26,144 nt of DNA from a candidate division FCPU426 bacterium (GCA_030637655.1 DAOWGI010000038.1:1-26144); one strand, 5' to 3'; positions 7,427 through 17,194 are shown, counted from the first letter of the stretch. The notes: generated from the sequence alone by a model not told the origin. Program-made: numbers and translations.

Positions 7427-7831
7427 ATGCCCAAACTTCTGATCATTGAAGACCAACCCAATTTTCTGGAATCCCTTCGCTTGGCGCTGGAGGGGCCGTA
7501 TTATAGGGTCCGCTGTGTTGAGGATGCGGAGCAGGGGATGCTGTATGTTCTGAATTGGGAGCCGGATGTGGTGATTGCGGATTATGCTTTGCCGGGCATG
7601 GATGGGATTGAATTAATAAAAAGGATTAATATTGCAGGGGTGTTGCCGGTTGCGCCCCTGGAGGGGAAAGGCGATAAGGGAAATAATAAACCCGGGATTA
7701 TCCTTCTCTCGGCGCGAATGGATGAGGACTTGGAGCAAAAAGCATTGGCAGCCGGGGCGGATAGGTGTTTGGCAAAACCCTTTGATTTGGCAATGCTGAC
7801 GACGATGATTAGGGAGCTTATAAAGATCTGA
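7427..7831 (+). CDS. Single-domain response regulator (receiver)
   Basis: LLIIEDQ, PDVVIADYALPGMDG, LLSAR, GADRCLAKPF. Start moved to ATG 7427, 6 nt after GGAG (ORF track start 7415). Confidence 0.88.
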   Translation: MPKLLIIEDQPNFLESLRLALEGPYYRVRCVEDAEQGMLYVLNWEPDVVIADYALPGMDGIELIKRINIAGVLPVAPLEGKGDKGNNKPGIILLSARMDEDLEQKALAAGADRCLAKPFDLAMLTTMIRELIKI

Positions 7832-7913
7832 TAGGGGGGAATTACATTAATTCAACCCATCCGCCTGATTTTTCTTCCCATTATACTTAAATAGATTATT
7901 GTAATCACTTACA

Positions 7914-7943
7914 TTGACAGGTACAATCTATATTTTATACATT
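7914..7943 (+). promoter_or_regulatory. Candidate sigma70 promoter for the methyltransferase/GT-C operon
   Basis: TTGACA (7914-7919), 18-nt spacer, TACATT (7938-7943). Confidence 0.4.
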
Positions 7944-7971
7944 GTAGGGGCGACCGGCCGGTTGCCCCTAC
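7944..7971. repeat. GTAG-family REP palindrome
   Basis: GTAGGGGCGACCGGCCGGTTGCCCCTAC, a 28-nt palindrome with one G:T pair. Confidence 0.85.
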
Positions 7972-7986
7972 ATAAATATTAAATAT

Positions 7987-8760
7987 TTGGACATGGTTAT
8001 GGAAAAACAGATTTATCAGGCCTTGGCCAATGCGGGGAGCCGTTACTGGTGGAATCAGGGGCGGCAGTATTTGGTCACACAATTATTTAAAAAATATAGC
8101 CGGGCTAAAACGAATTTTGAAGCTCCGCTGCGGATTCTGGATATCGGCTGCGCGGCCGGCGGGACTTTGTTTTATCTTTCGCAGTGGGGAGAGATATGGG
8201 GCCTGGATATTTCTTCCGAGGCCATTGCTCTGTGTGAATTCCGGGGCATACCTCAAGAGCGCTTGGTACTGGGCAATGCTGAATCCATGATGCAGTTTGA
8301 GGAGCAAAGCTTTGATCTGGTTACTGCAGTTGAAATATTGGAGCATTTAGAGCATCCGGAAAAAGCCTTGCGGGAAATCTTAAGGGTTCTCAAACCCGGG
8401 GGTACCTTGATTATTACAGTGCCGGCAGATATGAAGCTCTGGAGTGAGCGGGATGAGCGTTTGGGGCATAGGCACAGGTATACGGTCGCGGATTTAATTG
8501 CTTCAGTAGCACAAGCGGATTTTGAGGTGCTGAAAGCATCGTATGCTAATGTTTTTTATTATTGGCCCTTTCGTTTTTTATTACGGCTGCGGCGAAATCG
8601 GTCCGGTAAAGCGCCTAAGGTGAAGACCAACACTTTGGATATGAATTCGTTGGTAAATTGGTTTTTTGTGCAGTTGTTAAAAATTGAGACCTGGATTATT
8701 TTACGGGGACAATGGCAGCGCGGGGTCTCGGCAATATGCATAGCAAGGAAAAAGGCGTAA
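7987..8760 (+). CDS. Class I SAM-dependent methyltransferase (glycan-locus type)
   Basis: ILDIGCAAGG, GLDIS, FDLVTAVEILEHL, RVLKPGG, WSERDERLGHRHRY. Start is probably ATG 7993 or 7999. Confidence 0.9.
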   Translation: MDMVMEKQIYQALANAGSRYWWNQGRQYLVTQLFKKYSRAKTNFEAPLRILDIGCAAGGTLFYLSQWGEIWGLDISSEAIALCEFRGIPQERLVLGNAESMMQFEEQSFDLVTAVEILEHLEHPEKALREILRVLKPGGTLIITVPADMKLWSERDERLGHRHRYTVADLIASVAQADFEVLKASYANVFYYWPFRFLLRLRRNRSGKAPKVKTNTLDMNSLVNWFFVQLLKIETWIILRGQWQRGVSAICIARKKA

Positions 8761-8770
8761 GGAATAAAAT

Positions 8771-8833
8771 GTAGGGGCGAATTGCGTTCGCCCTATTCAA
8801 TAAATTGTAAGGGCGAGGTGACCTCGCCCCTAC
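8771..8833. repeat. GTAG-family REP doublet (REPIN)
   Basis: GTAGGGGCGAA-TTGCG-TTCGCCC, an AT-rich spacer, then GGGCGAGGTGACCTCGCCCCTAC in inverted orientation. Confidence 0.85.
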
Positions 8834-8850
8834 TAAATTTAAAGGATGAA

Positions 8851-11100
8851 ATGACAATACCTACATTTATTCTACAATTTATTCTGGCCTGGATTGCCAT
8901 AGCTGCAGTTATTTACCTGCCCGGTCGTTTGCTGGTGCGTGTGCTGCGTCTGGAACTGGACCAGCTTGAACATATGGTTGCTTCGCTTATGGGTGGCACC
9001 GGCCTATTTGTACTGCTGTACTATGTTTTTGCCGCTTTGCAGCAGCGTTGGTTAATCTGGCCTGTGGTGCTGCTCGGCATTGCCTGGGAAATTTTTTTTG
9101 CGATTTGTGATTGGAAGAAGTCCAAGGATTTTATTCCTGATCCCGGAGTACCACCACCGGTTCTTTTAAAATCGTTTTGGCCTTTGGGTCTGCTTATGCT
9201 CGCAGGCCTGCTGGTACAAGGCCGCTATACCTTATTCACCGGCTGGTTGGGGGAGACCGGTTTTTCCTTGCTGGCCTGGCATGCGCATGACGCGCCCTGG
9301 CATATTTACAATATTGCTCAGTTGGCCGGAGTATTTCCGCCGGAGATGCCGGGATTTGCCGGCAAAATTTTACAGAATTATCATATATTTTCTGATCTGT
9401 TGTGGAGTGGTTTACTCCAGTTTGTTCCGATTCATCCGTGGCATTGTTATTTCCGTGTGGCTCCGCTTTTTTATTCCGGTCTTTTAACTTTGACAACATT
9501 TGTGGCTGCGCGTTATTGGTCCGGGAAAAATATGGTGGGTTATATTGCCGTCGCTATAACAGTCTTGCTTTCCAATTTCGGATATTTCATACCGCTTTTT
9601 TGGGGGGTGGAAAAATATCCGATTTGGGAAAGTATTTTTTGGATCCAATCTCCGCAGGCGTTGATATTTAATCCAGGCGTATCCTCTTCGTTTTCATTTT
9701 TGCTCTTTGGTTTTTGGGCTCTGCTGCAATGGTTGCGTAGTTCCGGGAAATGGGGATTTTTAATCCTTTTGGCACTGCTCTGGGGTGTGCTGCCGGGTTT
9801 CAAGGTGTATCCGGCAGTGCTGGCCATGTGCGGTCTCTTGGTCACCGGCGCTGTGCTGGCCATGGCGCAGCGTAATTATAGAATGTTGATAGCCTTGGGT
9901 GCCATTCTACCCCTGTTTTTACTGGTGTTTTTACCGGGGAACAGTGGCGCTTCCTCTTTGCTCCGCTTTTTGCCGGGCTTTAATCTGGGGGCCATGCTGG
10001 TAGCTCCTGACCGCTTGGCTTGGATGACTTCAGCAGAATTAAAACTACTCTATGTGAGCAAACCCTGGCTGGTAGCCTTGATTATGGCCGGCTTGGCAGG
10101 TCTCTTTTTACTTGGCAATCTTGGGGTGCGCGCGCTTGGGCTTATTCCCATGCTGCGCTCACTCCTGAATTTGCGTACAACAGAACCTGGAATTCTATTT
10201 ATTACAGTCGTGGTAGGCGGTGCCTTTATGGCTCCGCTCTTGTTTGTGCAGCATGGGATTCCCTGGAATGTGGTTCAGTTTTTTTATTATGCTGTTCTGC
10301 TGTCCGCCCTGCCGGCAGCGGATCAGTTCTGGAAATGGATTGAACATAAGAAAGTGTGGTTGAAGTACTCAGCCCTTGCGCTTCTGCTTATTCTAGGTAT
10401 TCCGGGTACCATACAGTCCCTGCTGGCGATTAACTGGAGTTATAAAACCAAGGCTGAAGTTATGCGGGGATTGGAGTGGTTACAAAAAAACACAAACCCG
10501 CAGGATGTGATTCTGCGGCCTCTGCCGGATGCGCTGATGACAGAAGCCGGGTATAAAGAATGGAAACGCTCTCAAGTCCGCGGCCGCATGACTAATATGG
10601 ATGCTTGGCAGAAAGAGGCAAAGGGTATGGCCAAAGCTGCGCAAGAGGATACTAACGGTACCACAACCAATGCGGCAACTGGACAGAAAACAGCCCTGCC
10701 AACTGAGGAGCAGCTGGTGGCAGTGACATCCCTGGCTGCTGTTGCCGGGAATACAGAGACAGTTGCGGCCGGCCAAACAAAAATCCCTGACCCGGACTTG
10801 GAACGGACCGATACTGCCATTGTGGCCGGTTTGGTCTTACGTAATACATATATGGAAGATACAGTTTCGTCACAGATTATGAATTTTCCGGTAGAGACCC
10901 GTCTGAAGGCAGTGCGCTATTTTTACTCTGTCTCGGATGTGGTGGAAGCCCGGGTTTTTCTTGAAAAAGAAAAGATTGCTTATGTCATTCTGTTTGCGGG
11001 GCAGAACCTGCCCTTTGATCCTGCGGGAGTGCCATTGAAAAATGTGTTTGAGAACAAGAGCATTACAGTGTACAAGTACATCTTTCCCGGAGGATGGTGA
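8851..11100 (+). CDS. Multi-pass membrane protein, probable GT-C fold glycosyltransferase with a C-terminal extracytoplasmic domain
   Basis: Many hydrophobic segments, loop motif HDAPWH..P.MPGFAG..L.NYH, tail GLEWLQKNTNPQDVIL...FLEKEKIAYV...VFENKSITVYK. Start moved to ATG 8851 (AAGGA upstream); the 8782 start lies inside the REP. Confidence 0.7.
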   Translation: MTIPTFILQFILAWIAIAAVIYLPGRLLVRVLRLELDQLEHMVASLMGGTGLFVLLYYVFAALQQRWLIWPVVLLGIAWEIFFAICDWKKSKDFIPDPGVPPPVLLKSFWPLGLLMLAGLLVQGRYTLFTGWLGETGFSLLAWHAHDAPWHIYNIAQLAGVFPPEMPGFAGKILQNYHIFSDLLWSGLLQFVPIHPWHCYFRVAPLFYSGLLTLTTFVAARYWSGKNMVGYIAVAITVLLSNFGYFIPLFWGVEKYPIWESIFWIQSPQALIFNPGVSSSFSFLLFGFWALLQWLRSSGKWGFLILLALLWGVLPGFKVYPAVLAMCGLLVTGAVLAMAQRNYRMLIALGAILPLFLLVFLPGNSGASSLLRFLPGFNLGAMLVAPDRLAWMTSAELKLLYVSKPWLVALIMAGLAGLFLLGNLGVRALGLIPMLRSLLNLRTTEPGILFITVVVGGAFMAPLLFVQHGIPWNVVQFFYYAVLLSALPAADQFWKWIEHKKVWLKYSALALLLILGIPGTIQSLLAINWSYKTKAEVMRGLEWLQKNTNPQDVILRPLPDALMTEAGYKEWKRSQVRGRMTNMDAWQKEAKGMAKAAQEDTNGTTTNAATGQKTALPTEEQLVAVTSLAAVAGNTETVAAGQTKIPDPDLERTDTAIVAGLVLRNTYMEDTVSSQIMNFPVETRLKAVRYFYSVSDVVEARVFLEKEKIAYVILFAGQNLPFDPAGVPLKNVFENKSITVYKYIFPGGW

Positions 11101-11186
11101 AGCACCTGAAACCGCACTGGCGGCGGACGAAGATACCGGGCTTGCCTGTGGGGATTCATTAAATCCCACTAATAAGAAAGGGATGT

Positions 11187-12995
11187 ATGCAAGAGCAAAG
11201 TGAGCAAACATCGCTAAAACAATATGCCTGGATCCCGATCGCTGTGCTGGGAGGATTGGCAAGCGCGCTGCATGCTGAACAACTCTTTGTGGCTCCCTGG
11301 CTGCTCGGTCTGCTGGTTATTGGTTTTCTCTTGCTTTCTTCCCTGGGATTGGCTGTACTCCTGAAAAAAGCCGGGTACAACCGGGTGGCGGAATATCGTT
11401 GGTGTGAAGCGATGGCCATGTTGCCTATGCTATTACCCTTTGTGCTCCTGTTGATCAGGCCGATCATTTTTACCTTAAGTACTTATTTTTCTTTTTCCGT
11501 AGCTGGTTTTGTACGCTTTCCCTGGATGACAGAAGGGATAAAACTCAGCACTGAGCAGTATTTTATGCTGCTGGGATTTGGTGCAGGTTGGCTTGGTACA
11601 GGATTGTTGCGCCTTCTCTTTTGGTTAAGAGCACTCTATTCCTTGTTTGCTGAAGCTAAAATAAAACAGCCGGGTGTGTGGCTGACCTTGACTGCTCTCG
11701 CCGGCGGTTTGTGGCTGCAGGGCTGGGCAGCAGCCATCTATCCTCCGACTGGGGATGAAGTCCACTATTTATTAATGGCCACGAGTTTTGTGGAAGATGG
11801 CGACTTTGATCTGAAAAATCAATTTGCTCAGCAGGAGTGGAAAGTTGATTATCCCAGTGAGACCCTGGATTTTCACGGGCATCCGGATGCTGCCGGGCGT
11901 TGGATCTGCCGGCATATGCCTGTTTTATCTCTCTTGATTTTACCGGCCTATATGTTTAATGGACCGTGGTGGGCTGCGGCTATGAATATACTTATTTTGG
12001 CTTTAGCGCTCTGGCTGCTCTATGGTTTTGCCCGGGATCTGGGAGCAGAACCCAAACAGGCCTATTTTATGTATGCTCTGGCAGTTCTGGTTGCACCCTG
12101 GACCATCTGGGGCTATCTGATCTATCCGGTAGCTGCGGGGATTTTGCTAATTCTGATGGCGTGCCGTCTGCTCTTACGTCTTGAGCAGTGGCAAGCAGCC
12201 CTGTGGTTGGGAGTGGTGAGTTGTCTCTTGCCCTGGTTTCATCATGGGTTTGGCATTGCCGGTATGCTGCTCTTGGCTGTGGGCATGTGGCATATGCTAT
12301 GGCGCAAAAGATGGAAAAGCCTGTCGGCCATGATACTGGCCGGCTTGACAGTTGGCTTGCCTTTTGTCTGGGTATTTTTAACCTTTTATCAGGAGGCCCT
12401 GGCCTCAGGGGACTATGCTTTTACTTTTCGTGCGCACTTTTTTATAAATGCCATGCTTGGTCAGTTGGTAGATCGTAATTATGGTATTCTTACAGCAGCA
12501 CCTGTGCTCTTGTCGGCCTGGGCAGGACTTACCTTTCTGAAACAGGATATTCGTAAGTGGATATTGGTATTCTTGCTGGGTATGCCGTTTTTATGCGCTT
12601 TGCAAGCAGCACTCTTTGTGGATTGGACAGGTTTTTCAGCCGGTTTTTCCCGTTTGCTGGCGCCGGTCTGCGCGCCTTTGTTTGCGGGATTGGCCTTCAT
12701 GCTGCCGCAGGAAAAAAAATTGTTGCGAGCGACCTGGGTACTGGGCATATGGTCTGTGCTGGTGAGCCTGAGTACCTGGGTGCTGCCCATTCTATTATAT
12801 GAAATGCCAAAGATGAAAATGTTGCCGGCTTTGGCAGCACGCGGTGTGCCGCCGGTCTGGCAGGTATTTCCGTATTTGAAAGCGGAAACGTCCTGGTGGG
12901 TAACGGCTTGGGGAGTGATCCTGGTTGTGGGTGCAGGTGTGCTTACCTTTTTTTTGTACCAATGGAAGCGCTTGGAACAGCAGGCAACTGCTTAA
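11187..12995 (+). CDS. Multi-pass membrane protein, GT-C fold (ArnT/PMT-like) glycosyltransferase
   Basis: PPTGDEVHYLLMATSFVEDGDFDLKN acidic loop, many TM segments, GQLVDRNYGILTAAP, RLLAP. Confidence 0.72.
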   Translation: MQEQSEQTSLKQYAWIPIAVLGGLASALHAEQLFVAPWLLGLLVIGFLLLSSLGLAVLLKKAGYNRVAEYRWCEAMAMLPMLLPFVLLLIRPIIFTLSTYFSFSVAGFVRFPWMTEGIKLSTEQYFMLLGFGAGWLGTGLLRLLFWLRALYSLFAEAKIKQPGVWLTLTALAGGLWLQGWAAAIYPPTGDEVHYLLMATSFVEDGDFDLKNQFAQQEWKVDYPSETLDFHGHPDAAGRWICRHMPVLSLLILPAYMFNGPWWAAAMNILILALALWLLYGFARDLGAEPKQAYFMYALAVLVAPWTIWGYLIYPVAAGILLILMACRLLLRLEQWQAALWLGVVSCLLPWFHHGFGIAGMLLLAVGMWHMLWRKRWKSLSAMILAGLTVGLPFVWVFLTFYQEALASGDYAFTFRAHFFINAMLGQLVDRNYGILTAAPVLLSAWAGLTFLKQDIRKWILVFLLGMPFLCALQAALFVDWTGFSAGFSRLLAPVCAPLFAGLAFMLPQEKKLLRATWVLGIWSVLVSLSTWVLPILLYEMPKMKMLPALAARGVPPVWQVFPYLKAETSWWVTAWGVILVVGAGVLTFFLYQWKRLEQQATA

Positions 12996-13076
12996 GTCGT
13001 AGAAAAAGCAGGGAAGGCATATCAATTTTTATTGGTCTTCGTTATAATATCCAGTACCAATTATGCCGGAGGATGT

Positions 13077-13784
13077 TTGCAGCACATGGATGAAATGTCA
13101 TTGAATACGCTGGAAAAATTGACAGCCGCCAAAAATTACAATCAATGGGTGTATGATTTGTGCAGCTCCTTTGTTGGAAAAAAAGTAATCGAGGTGGGAT
13201 CAGGCATTGGTAATATGACCGAGTTTTTTATTAACACCACAGAGATGCTGGCTACAGATAAAAATCCTGCCTATCTGGAAGAGATAAAAAAGCGTTTGCA
13301 GCAATGGAAAAATCCTCGAACTTTAGGCTGGGATGTGACGCATCCGGTGCCGGATGAAATTACAGCTTTTGCGCCGGATACCGTGATCTGTATTAACATA
13401 CTGGAACACATTAAAGAGGATGAGTTGGCTCTCGAAAACTTCTATGACATGCTGCAACCGGGTGGTTATTTATTGCTGTATGTGCCGGCGCTCTCCTTTT
13501 TGTACGGATCACTGGATAAAGAACTGGATCATCAGCGCCGGTACAACAAGAAAGCAGTGGAAAAAATGGCAGCCAAGGTTGGATTTGTTAAGGAAAAGTC
13601 GCATTATGTAAATTTTTGCGGGATTGCGGGTTGGTGGTGGAACGGGGTGGTCTTGAAACGGAAGTATTTTTCGCATCGTCAGATATGGTTGTACAACAAA
13701 TTGATCCCAATTCTCTCGGCCTTTGAGCGGGTGTTCAAGCCCTGCATTGGCCAGTCATTGTACTATGTGGGGAAAAAACCTTGA
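13077..13784 (+). CDS. Class I SAM-dependent methyltransferase (glycan-locus type)
   Basis: NYNQW, VIEVGSGIGN, INILEHI, LQPGG, YGSLDKELDHQRRY. Start is TTG 13077 or ATG 13086 after GGAGG (13068-13072); ORF track start 13032. Confidence 0.88.
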   Translation: MQHMDEMSLNTLEKLTAAKNYNQWVYDLCSSFVGKKVIEVGSGIGNMTEFFINTTEMLATDKNPAYLEEIKKRLQQWKNPRTLGWDVTHPVPDEITAFAPDTVICINILEHIKEDELALENFYDMLQPGGYLLLYVPALSFLYGSLDKELDHQRRYNKKAVEKMAAKVGFVKEKSHYVNFCGIAGWWWNGVVLKRKYFSHRQIWLYNKLIPILSAFERVFKPCIGQSLYYVGKKP

Positions 13785-13790
13785 AAATGC

Positions 13791-13832
13791 AAAAAAGCTA
13801 TCCGCACCCCTTCGGGTACGGATAGCTTTTTT
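13791..13832. terminator. Bidirectional rho-independent terminator between convergent genes
   Basis: AAAAAAGCTATCCG(C)ACCC-CTTC-GGGT(A)CGGATAGCTTTTTT. Confidence 0.9.
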
Positions 13833-13859
13833 CTATGCTTGGTTTAGCGCAGTTGGGCC

Positions 13860-15761
13860 TTAGTGGGTTTTTAGAGAATACACTTTGGTTCCTTGCTCGG
13901 AAAAGCGTTCTTCGCCATAGATACGGAGCAGTTCATCCACCAGTGAAATGACCCGGGGTGAATAATAATTTTCTGCATACTGAATATCCTCCCGATACAA
14001 TATCCAGCGAATTCCTAATTCCCGCAACCCCTGATACAATTCCTCCGCACTTGTGTGTTCGCGGTAATTGATCAGACTTTGATTAAGCGGATCACCCCAG
14101 AGGTAATCCACATCCAGATAAAATCCGCGGTTATCCTTGAACAGGAGTACGCGCTCGTTTTTTGCCACATGCTCATTCAAATATTTACCAGCCGGATAAA
14201 TCTCCAAATATTTGGCTAAAAAAGCGTCCGCCGATTCCAAGCCAAGTATTACTTTACCTTGCTCCAGTGAATTTCTGTGTACAGGTGGATGTACCAGAAA
14301 GAGAAGGATGCCACATATAATAGCCAATCCTTTTGCCAAACGCTGCTCTTGCTTCCACAAGTTGGATAATGCGTGAGCCGCGCCCCAGGAAAGAATAGGA
14401 AACAAGGGCAGTAAATAGCGTACTTGCGGCGAGGTAAAAAACCAGATCACTATAAAAATGAATATTCCGCCGCCCAATAGCCAGGGGCGGGGTTTGAGCT
14501 GTTCTTTCTGCTTCAGCAGATTTTGTAATTGATAAAAGAGCGCAATGACCAGCAATAGTAAACCACCCAGCAGGGGCCAACGCAATTCATGCCCGCCAAC
14601 ACCAAAAGCACTTCCAAAAAGCGTTAAATCAATGGGCAAGCGAAGAAAACCCTGCCAACCGCGCATCATACCGGCAAAGTTGAAAACAAAATTGGTCATT
14701 TCCTTGGCAACTACAGGATCAAGCACATTTCCGCCAAACAACGGTTGGCCCAAAGGCCAGATCGGATTCCCGCCCATAATCCAGGCGCGCGCGAAATATG
14801 GAATAACCGGCAGCCCGCCGAAGCCCAGGATCAAGAGCCAAGTGGTCAGTCGTTGTTTAAAGGTAAGTGTTTTCTTTGTCCAGGCATGAAGTAGTAGAAA
14901 AGCTCCTATAAGAGCCAGTATAATCAGACCATGCCACTTGGTAGCGCCGACAATGCCGGCAAATAGCGCGGCCGCATAATACCATTTTTGCGAACCGGTT
15001 TTTAATGCCTGCTGAACAGCCAAAATGGATAAACCCACGTAAGCAGCGCTCGCCAGTTCAATAAACGTGGTCCCGGATTCAATGTGTACAAGGTATTGGG
15101 TATAAAAAATAGCGGCGCCTACCAGCGCGGCAAGCTTAAGTTTGTTTTCCCGGCCCAGAGCATAGACCGTTATGGCTGCCAGTAGGCCGAAGCTGAAATG
15201 AATCAGTTTGGCGGCAGATCCGTACGGAAATACCAGACCTAACATATAGAGCATTTCTGTGAATTGGGGGAGCAGGTTGTGATAAATGTCCGGCCGGAAT
15301 ACAAATCCACCTGCTGCCAAATAAATTTTTGGCAGTGCCAGATGATAGGCCACTCCATCCCAGTCCCAGGAAGGTGTGAATACAGTTAGGGCTGTTAGAG
15401 CGGCGGTGATGAATAAAAAAAAGAGTAAAACGCGTGAACTGGTTTGAGAAAATATTTTTCTGTCATTCTCAGCAAGCAGAGGTTGGGGAGACGTGAAGAG
15501 AAGGATGATTCCACTTAGGGACCACAGCAGGGTAATGACCCAGAGCATGGGCAAAGAGAGCAGCTGCGCGGCAGAAAGCGTAAATACCAGATAGGAGAGC
15601 AGAGCCAATCCCAAACCAGCGGCACATGCCAGTTCTGTGATGGGCTGGATTTCTCGCGGGATAAACCGGCGCAATAGAAAACGTCCAATACCAGTACTGC
15701 CGGCCAGGAGTGCTGCCAGCCAAACCGATTGGCCGAGTATGAGCAGGAGATTTGTTGTCAC
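13860..15761 (-). CDS. Multi-pass membrane protein, GT-C fold (GT39/ArnT-like) glycosyltransferase
   Basis: PSWDWDGVAYHLALPKIY, PQFTEMLY, GATKW, GGNPIWP, QVRYLLP, and a soluble C-terminal domain with LRELGIRWIL. Confidence 0.78.
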   Translation of the reverse strand: MTTNLLLILGQSVWLAALLAGSTGIGRFLLRRFIPREIQPITELACAAGLGLALLSYLVFTLSAAQLLSLPMLWVITLLWSLSGIILLFTSPQPLLAENDRKIFSQTSSRVLLFFLFITAALTALTVFTPSWDWDGVAYHLALPKIYLAAGGFVFRPDIYHNLLPQFTEMLYMLGLVFPYGSAAKLIHFSFGLLAAITVYALGRENKLKLAALVGAAIFYTQYLVHIESGTTFIELASAAYVGLSILAVQQALKTGSQKWYYAAALFAGIVGATKWHGLIILALIGAFLLLHAWTKKTLTFKQRLTTWLLILGFGGLPVIPYFARAWIMGGNPIWPLGQPLFGGNVLDPVVAKEMTNFVFNFAGMMRGWQGFLRLPIDLTLFGSAFGVGGHELRWPLLGGLLLLVIALFYQLQNLLKQKEQLKPRPWLLGGGIFIFIVIWFFTSPQVRYLLPLFPILSWGAAHALSNLWKQEQRLAKGLAIICGILLFLVHPPVHRNSLEQGKVILGLESADAFLAKYLEIYPAGKYLNEHVAKNERVLLFKDNRGFYLDVDYLWGDPLNQSLINYREHTSAEELYQGLRELGIRWILYREDIQYAENYYSPRVISLVDELLRIYGEERFSEQGTKVYSLKTH

Positions 15762-15781
15762 AATGTTTCCTTACCTTAGAA

Positions 15782-17158
15782 TTAATGCATGGCATCAAAA
15801 AAGCGTTTCAGGAGCCGGCCGAAATGCTTAAACGACATAATTTCCTTAAATATGTTGAGAATAATTTTTGGGCGCAAATAGAATTGCAAATACGCTTTAC
15901 GCTGCAGATTTTTCATTTCCTGGTGGGTCATGCCTTTTGGCACATAAGCCACATCATGCACAAAGAAACGGTCATAATCAAGGTGTTCCAGGCCTTTTGC
16001 TTTGAGATCGCGATGGATTTCAGAACCGGGCAAGGGCATGAAATTATTAAACTGAGCCCGATCAATATCCAGGGATTTGGCAAAACGGATGGTTTCCAGC
16101 ATTTCTGCTTTGGACTCGCCCGGCACCCCGAATAAAAAGAAGCCCGTAATCTTGATCTTGGTTTTTTTTATAAGTTGTAATTTTTCCCGGATGATTTCCA
16201 AGGAAAGATTTTTTTTGGTTAAATCATGAATGCGCTGGGAACCGAATTCAATACCCACAGCCAGAGAATAACAACCGGATTTTTCCATAAGCAGCAGACC
16301 CTCTTTTGTCAACGTGTCCAGGCGCACGCCGGAAGGGCAGGACCAATGAATGGTATGGTTTTTAGCAATCAATTTCTCGCAGAATTCTTTTAAGAGGTTC
16401 TTATGTACTGTGAAATTTTCATCTTCCACCAGAAAATCCGCGACTCCGTAGGTGGCTTTCAAGTACTCGATTTCCCGGATAATATTATCCGCCGAACGGA
16501 CACGGATTTTGTTGGTGGTAACGGATTTGCCGGAACAAAATGTGCATTGAAAAGGACAGCCGCGCGTGCAGATAATCGGGGCAGTGGGAAAGCTTTTGAA
16601 GAAAGCGCCGTGCGGTGCTTCCGGGTATTCGCGCGGGTCCATTAGATCCCAGGCAGGGAACGGAATCTGATCCAGGTCATCAATTACCTGGACTGGGTTA
16701 GTCTGGATTTTCCCTTGCTTACGCCAGATTAAATTGGGAACAGACGCCAGGTTTGGTTCGCTTTTTTGAATTTCCTGTAGAAGCGCGGGGAAGGCCAGTT
16801 CAGCTTCACTGGCAATCGCGTAATCCACCTGAGGCAGAGTTATCAATACGCCTTCGCGGTCACCGGAAGGATGATACCCACCTACAATGGTCACAGCTTG
16901 CGGCTGGTGTTGTTTAATGATGGCCAGATGCCGCTTGATGGGTGTGATATCAAAAGAGAACATCTGCATGGCAATCACATCGAATTGATGTTCTTTCATA
17001 TAAGCAGTGAAATCAGCAAACGTATAGTTTTCCTTGAGACAGTGCAGGATGAAGGCCTCATGTCCGGCCGCCCGGGTCATAGCCGCAATATAGCCAAGTC
17101 CCAGGCTGGGCATAATGACATAGGTCCGATTGATGGGGATCACAAATAAAACGCGCAA
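15782..17158 (-). CDS. B12-binding radical SAM protein (class B methyltransferase-like)
   Basis: PSLGLGYIAA, VGGYHPS, DLDQIPFPAWDL, TRGCPFQCTFC, EDENFT, GIEFGSQ, FLFGVPGE, PLPGS. Confidence 0.92.
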   Translation of the reverse strand: MRVLFVIPINRTYVIMPSLGLGYIAAMTRAAGHEAFILHCLKENYTFADFTAYMKEHQFDVIAMQMFSFDITPIKRHLAIIKQHQPQAVTIVGGYHPSGDREGVLITLPQVDYAIASEAELAFPALLQEIQKSEPNLASVPNLIWRKQGKIQTNPVQVIDDLDQIPFPAWDLMDPREYPEAPHGAFFKSFPTAPIICTRGCPFQCTFCSGKSVTTNKIRVRSADNIIREIEYLKATYGVADFLVEDENFTVHKNLLKEFCEKLIAKNHTIHWSCPSGVRLDTLTKEGLLLMEKSGCYSLAVGIEFGSQRIHDLTKKNLSLEIIREKLQLIKKTKIKITGFFLFGVPGESKAEMLETIRFAKSLDIDRAQFNNFMPLPGSEIHRDLKAKGLEHLDYDRFFVHDVAYVPKGMTHQEMKNLQRKAYLQFYLRPKIILNIFKEIMSFKHFGRLLKRFFDAMH

Positions 17159-17194
17159 AATGCATTCACCTATAATTATGAAGATAAAAACATC

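Noticed and set aside
8782-8850. N-terminal extension of the 772-aa ORF
   Set aside because: It is a translation of the REP doublet; ATG 8851 has a plausible RBS.
11098-11186. TGA readthrough (selenocysteine) or frameshifted extension after the first GT-C, with a hairpin at 11148-11169
   Set aside because: A second in-frame TGA follows two codons later, the hairpin is not positioned like a bacterial SECIS, and the protein already ends at a typical domain end.
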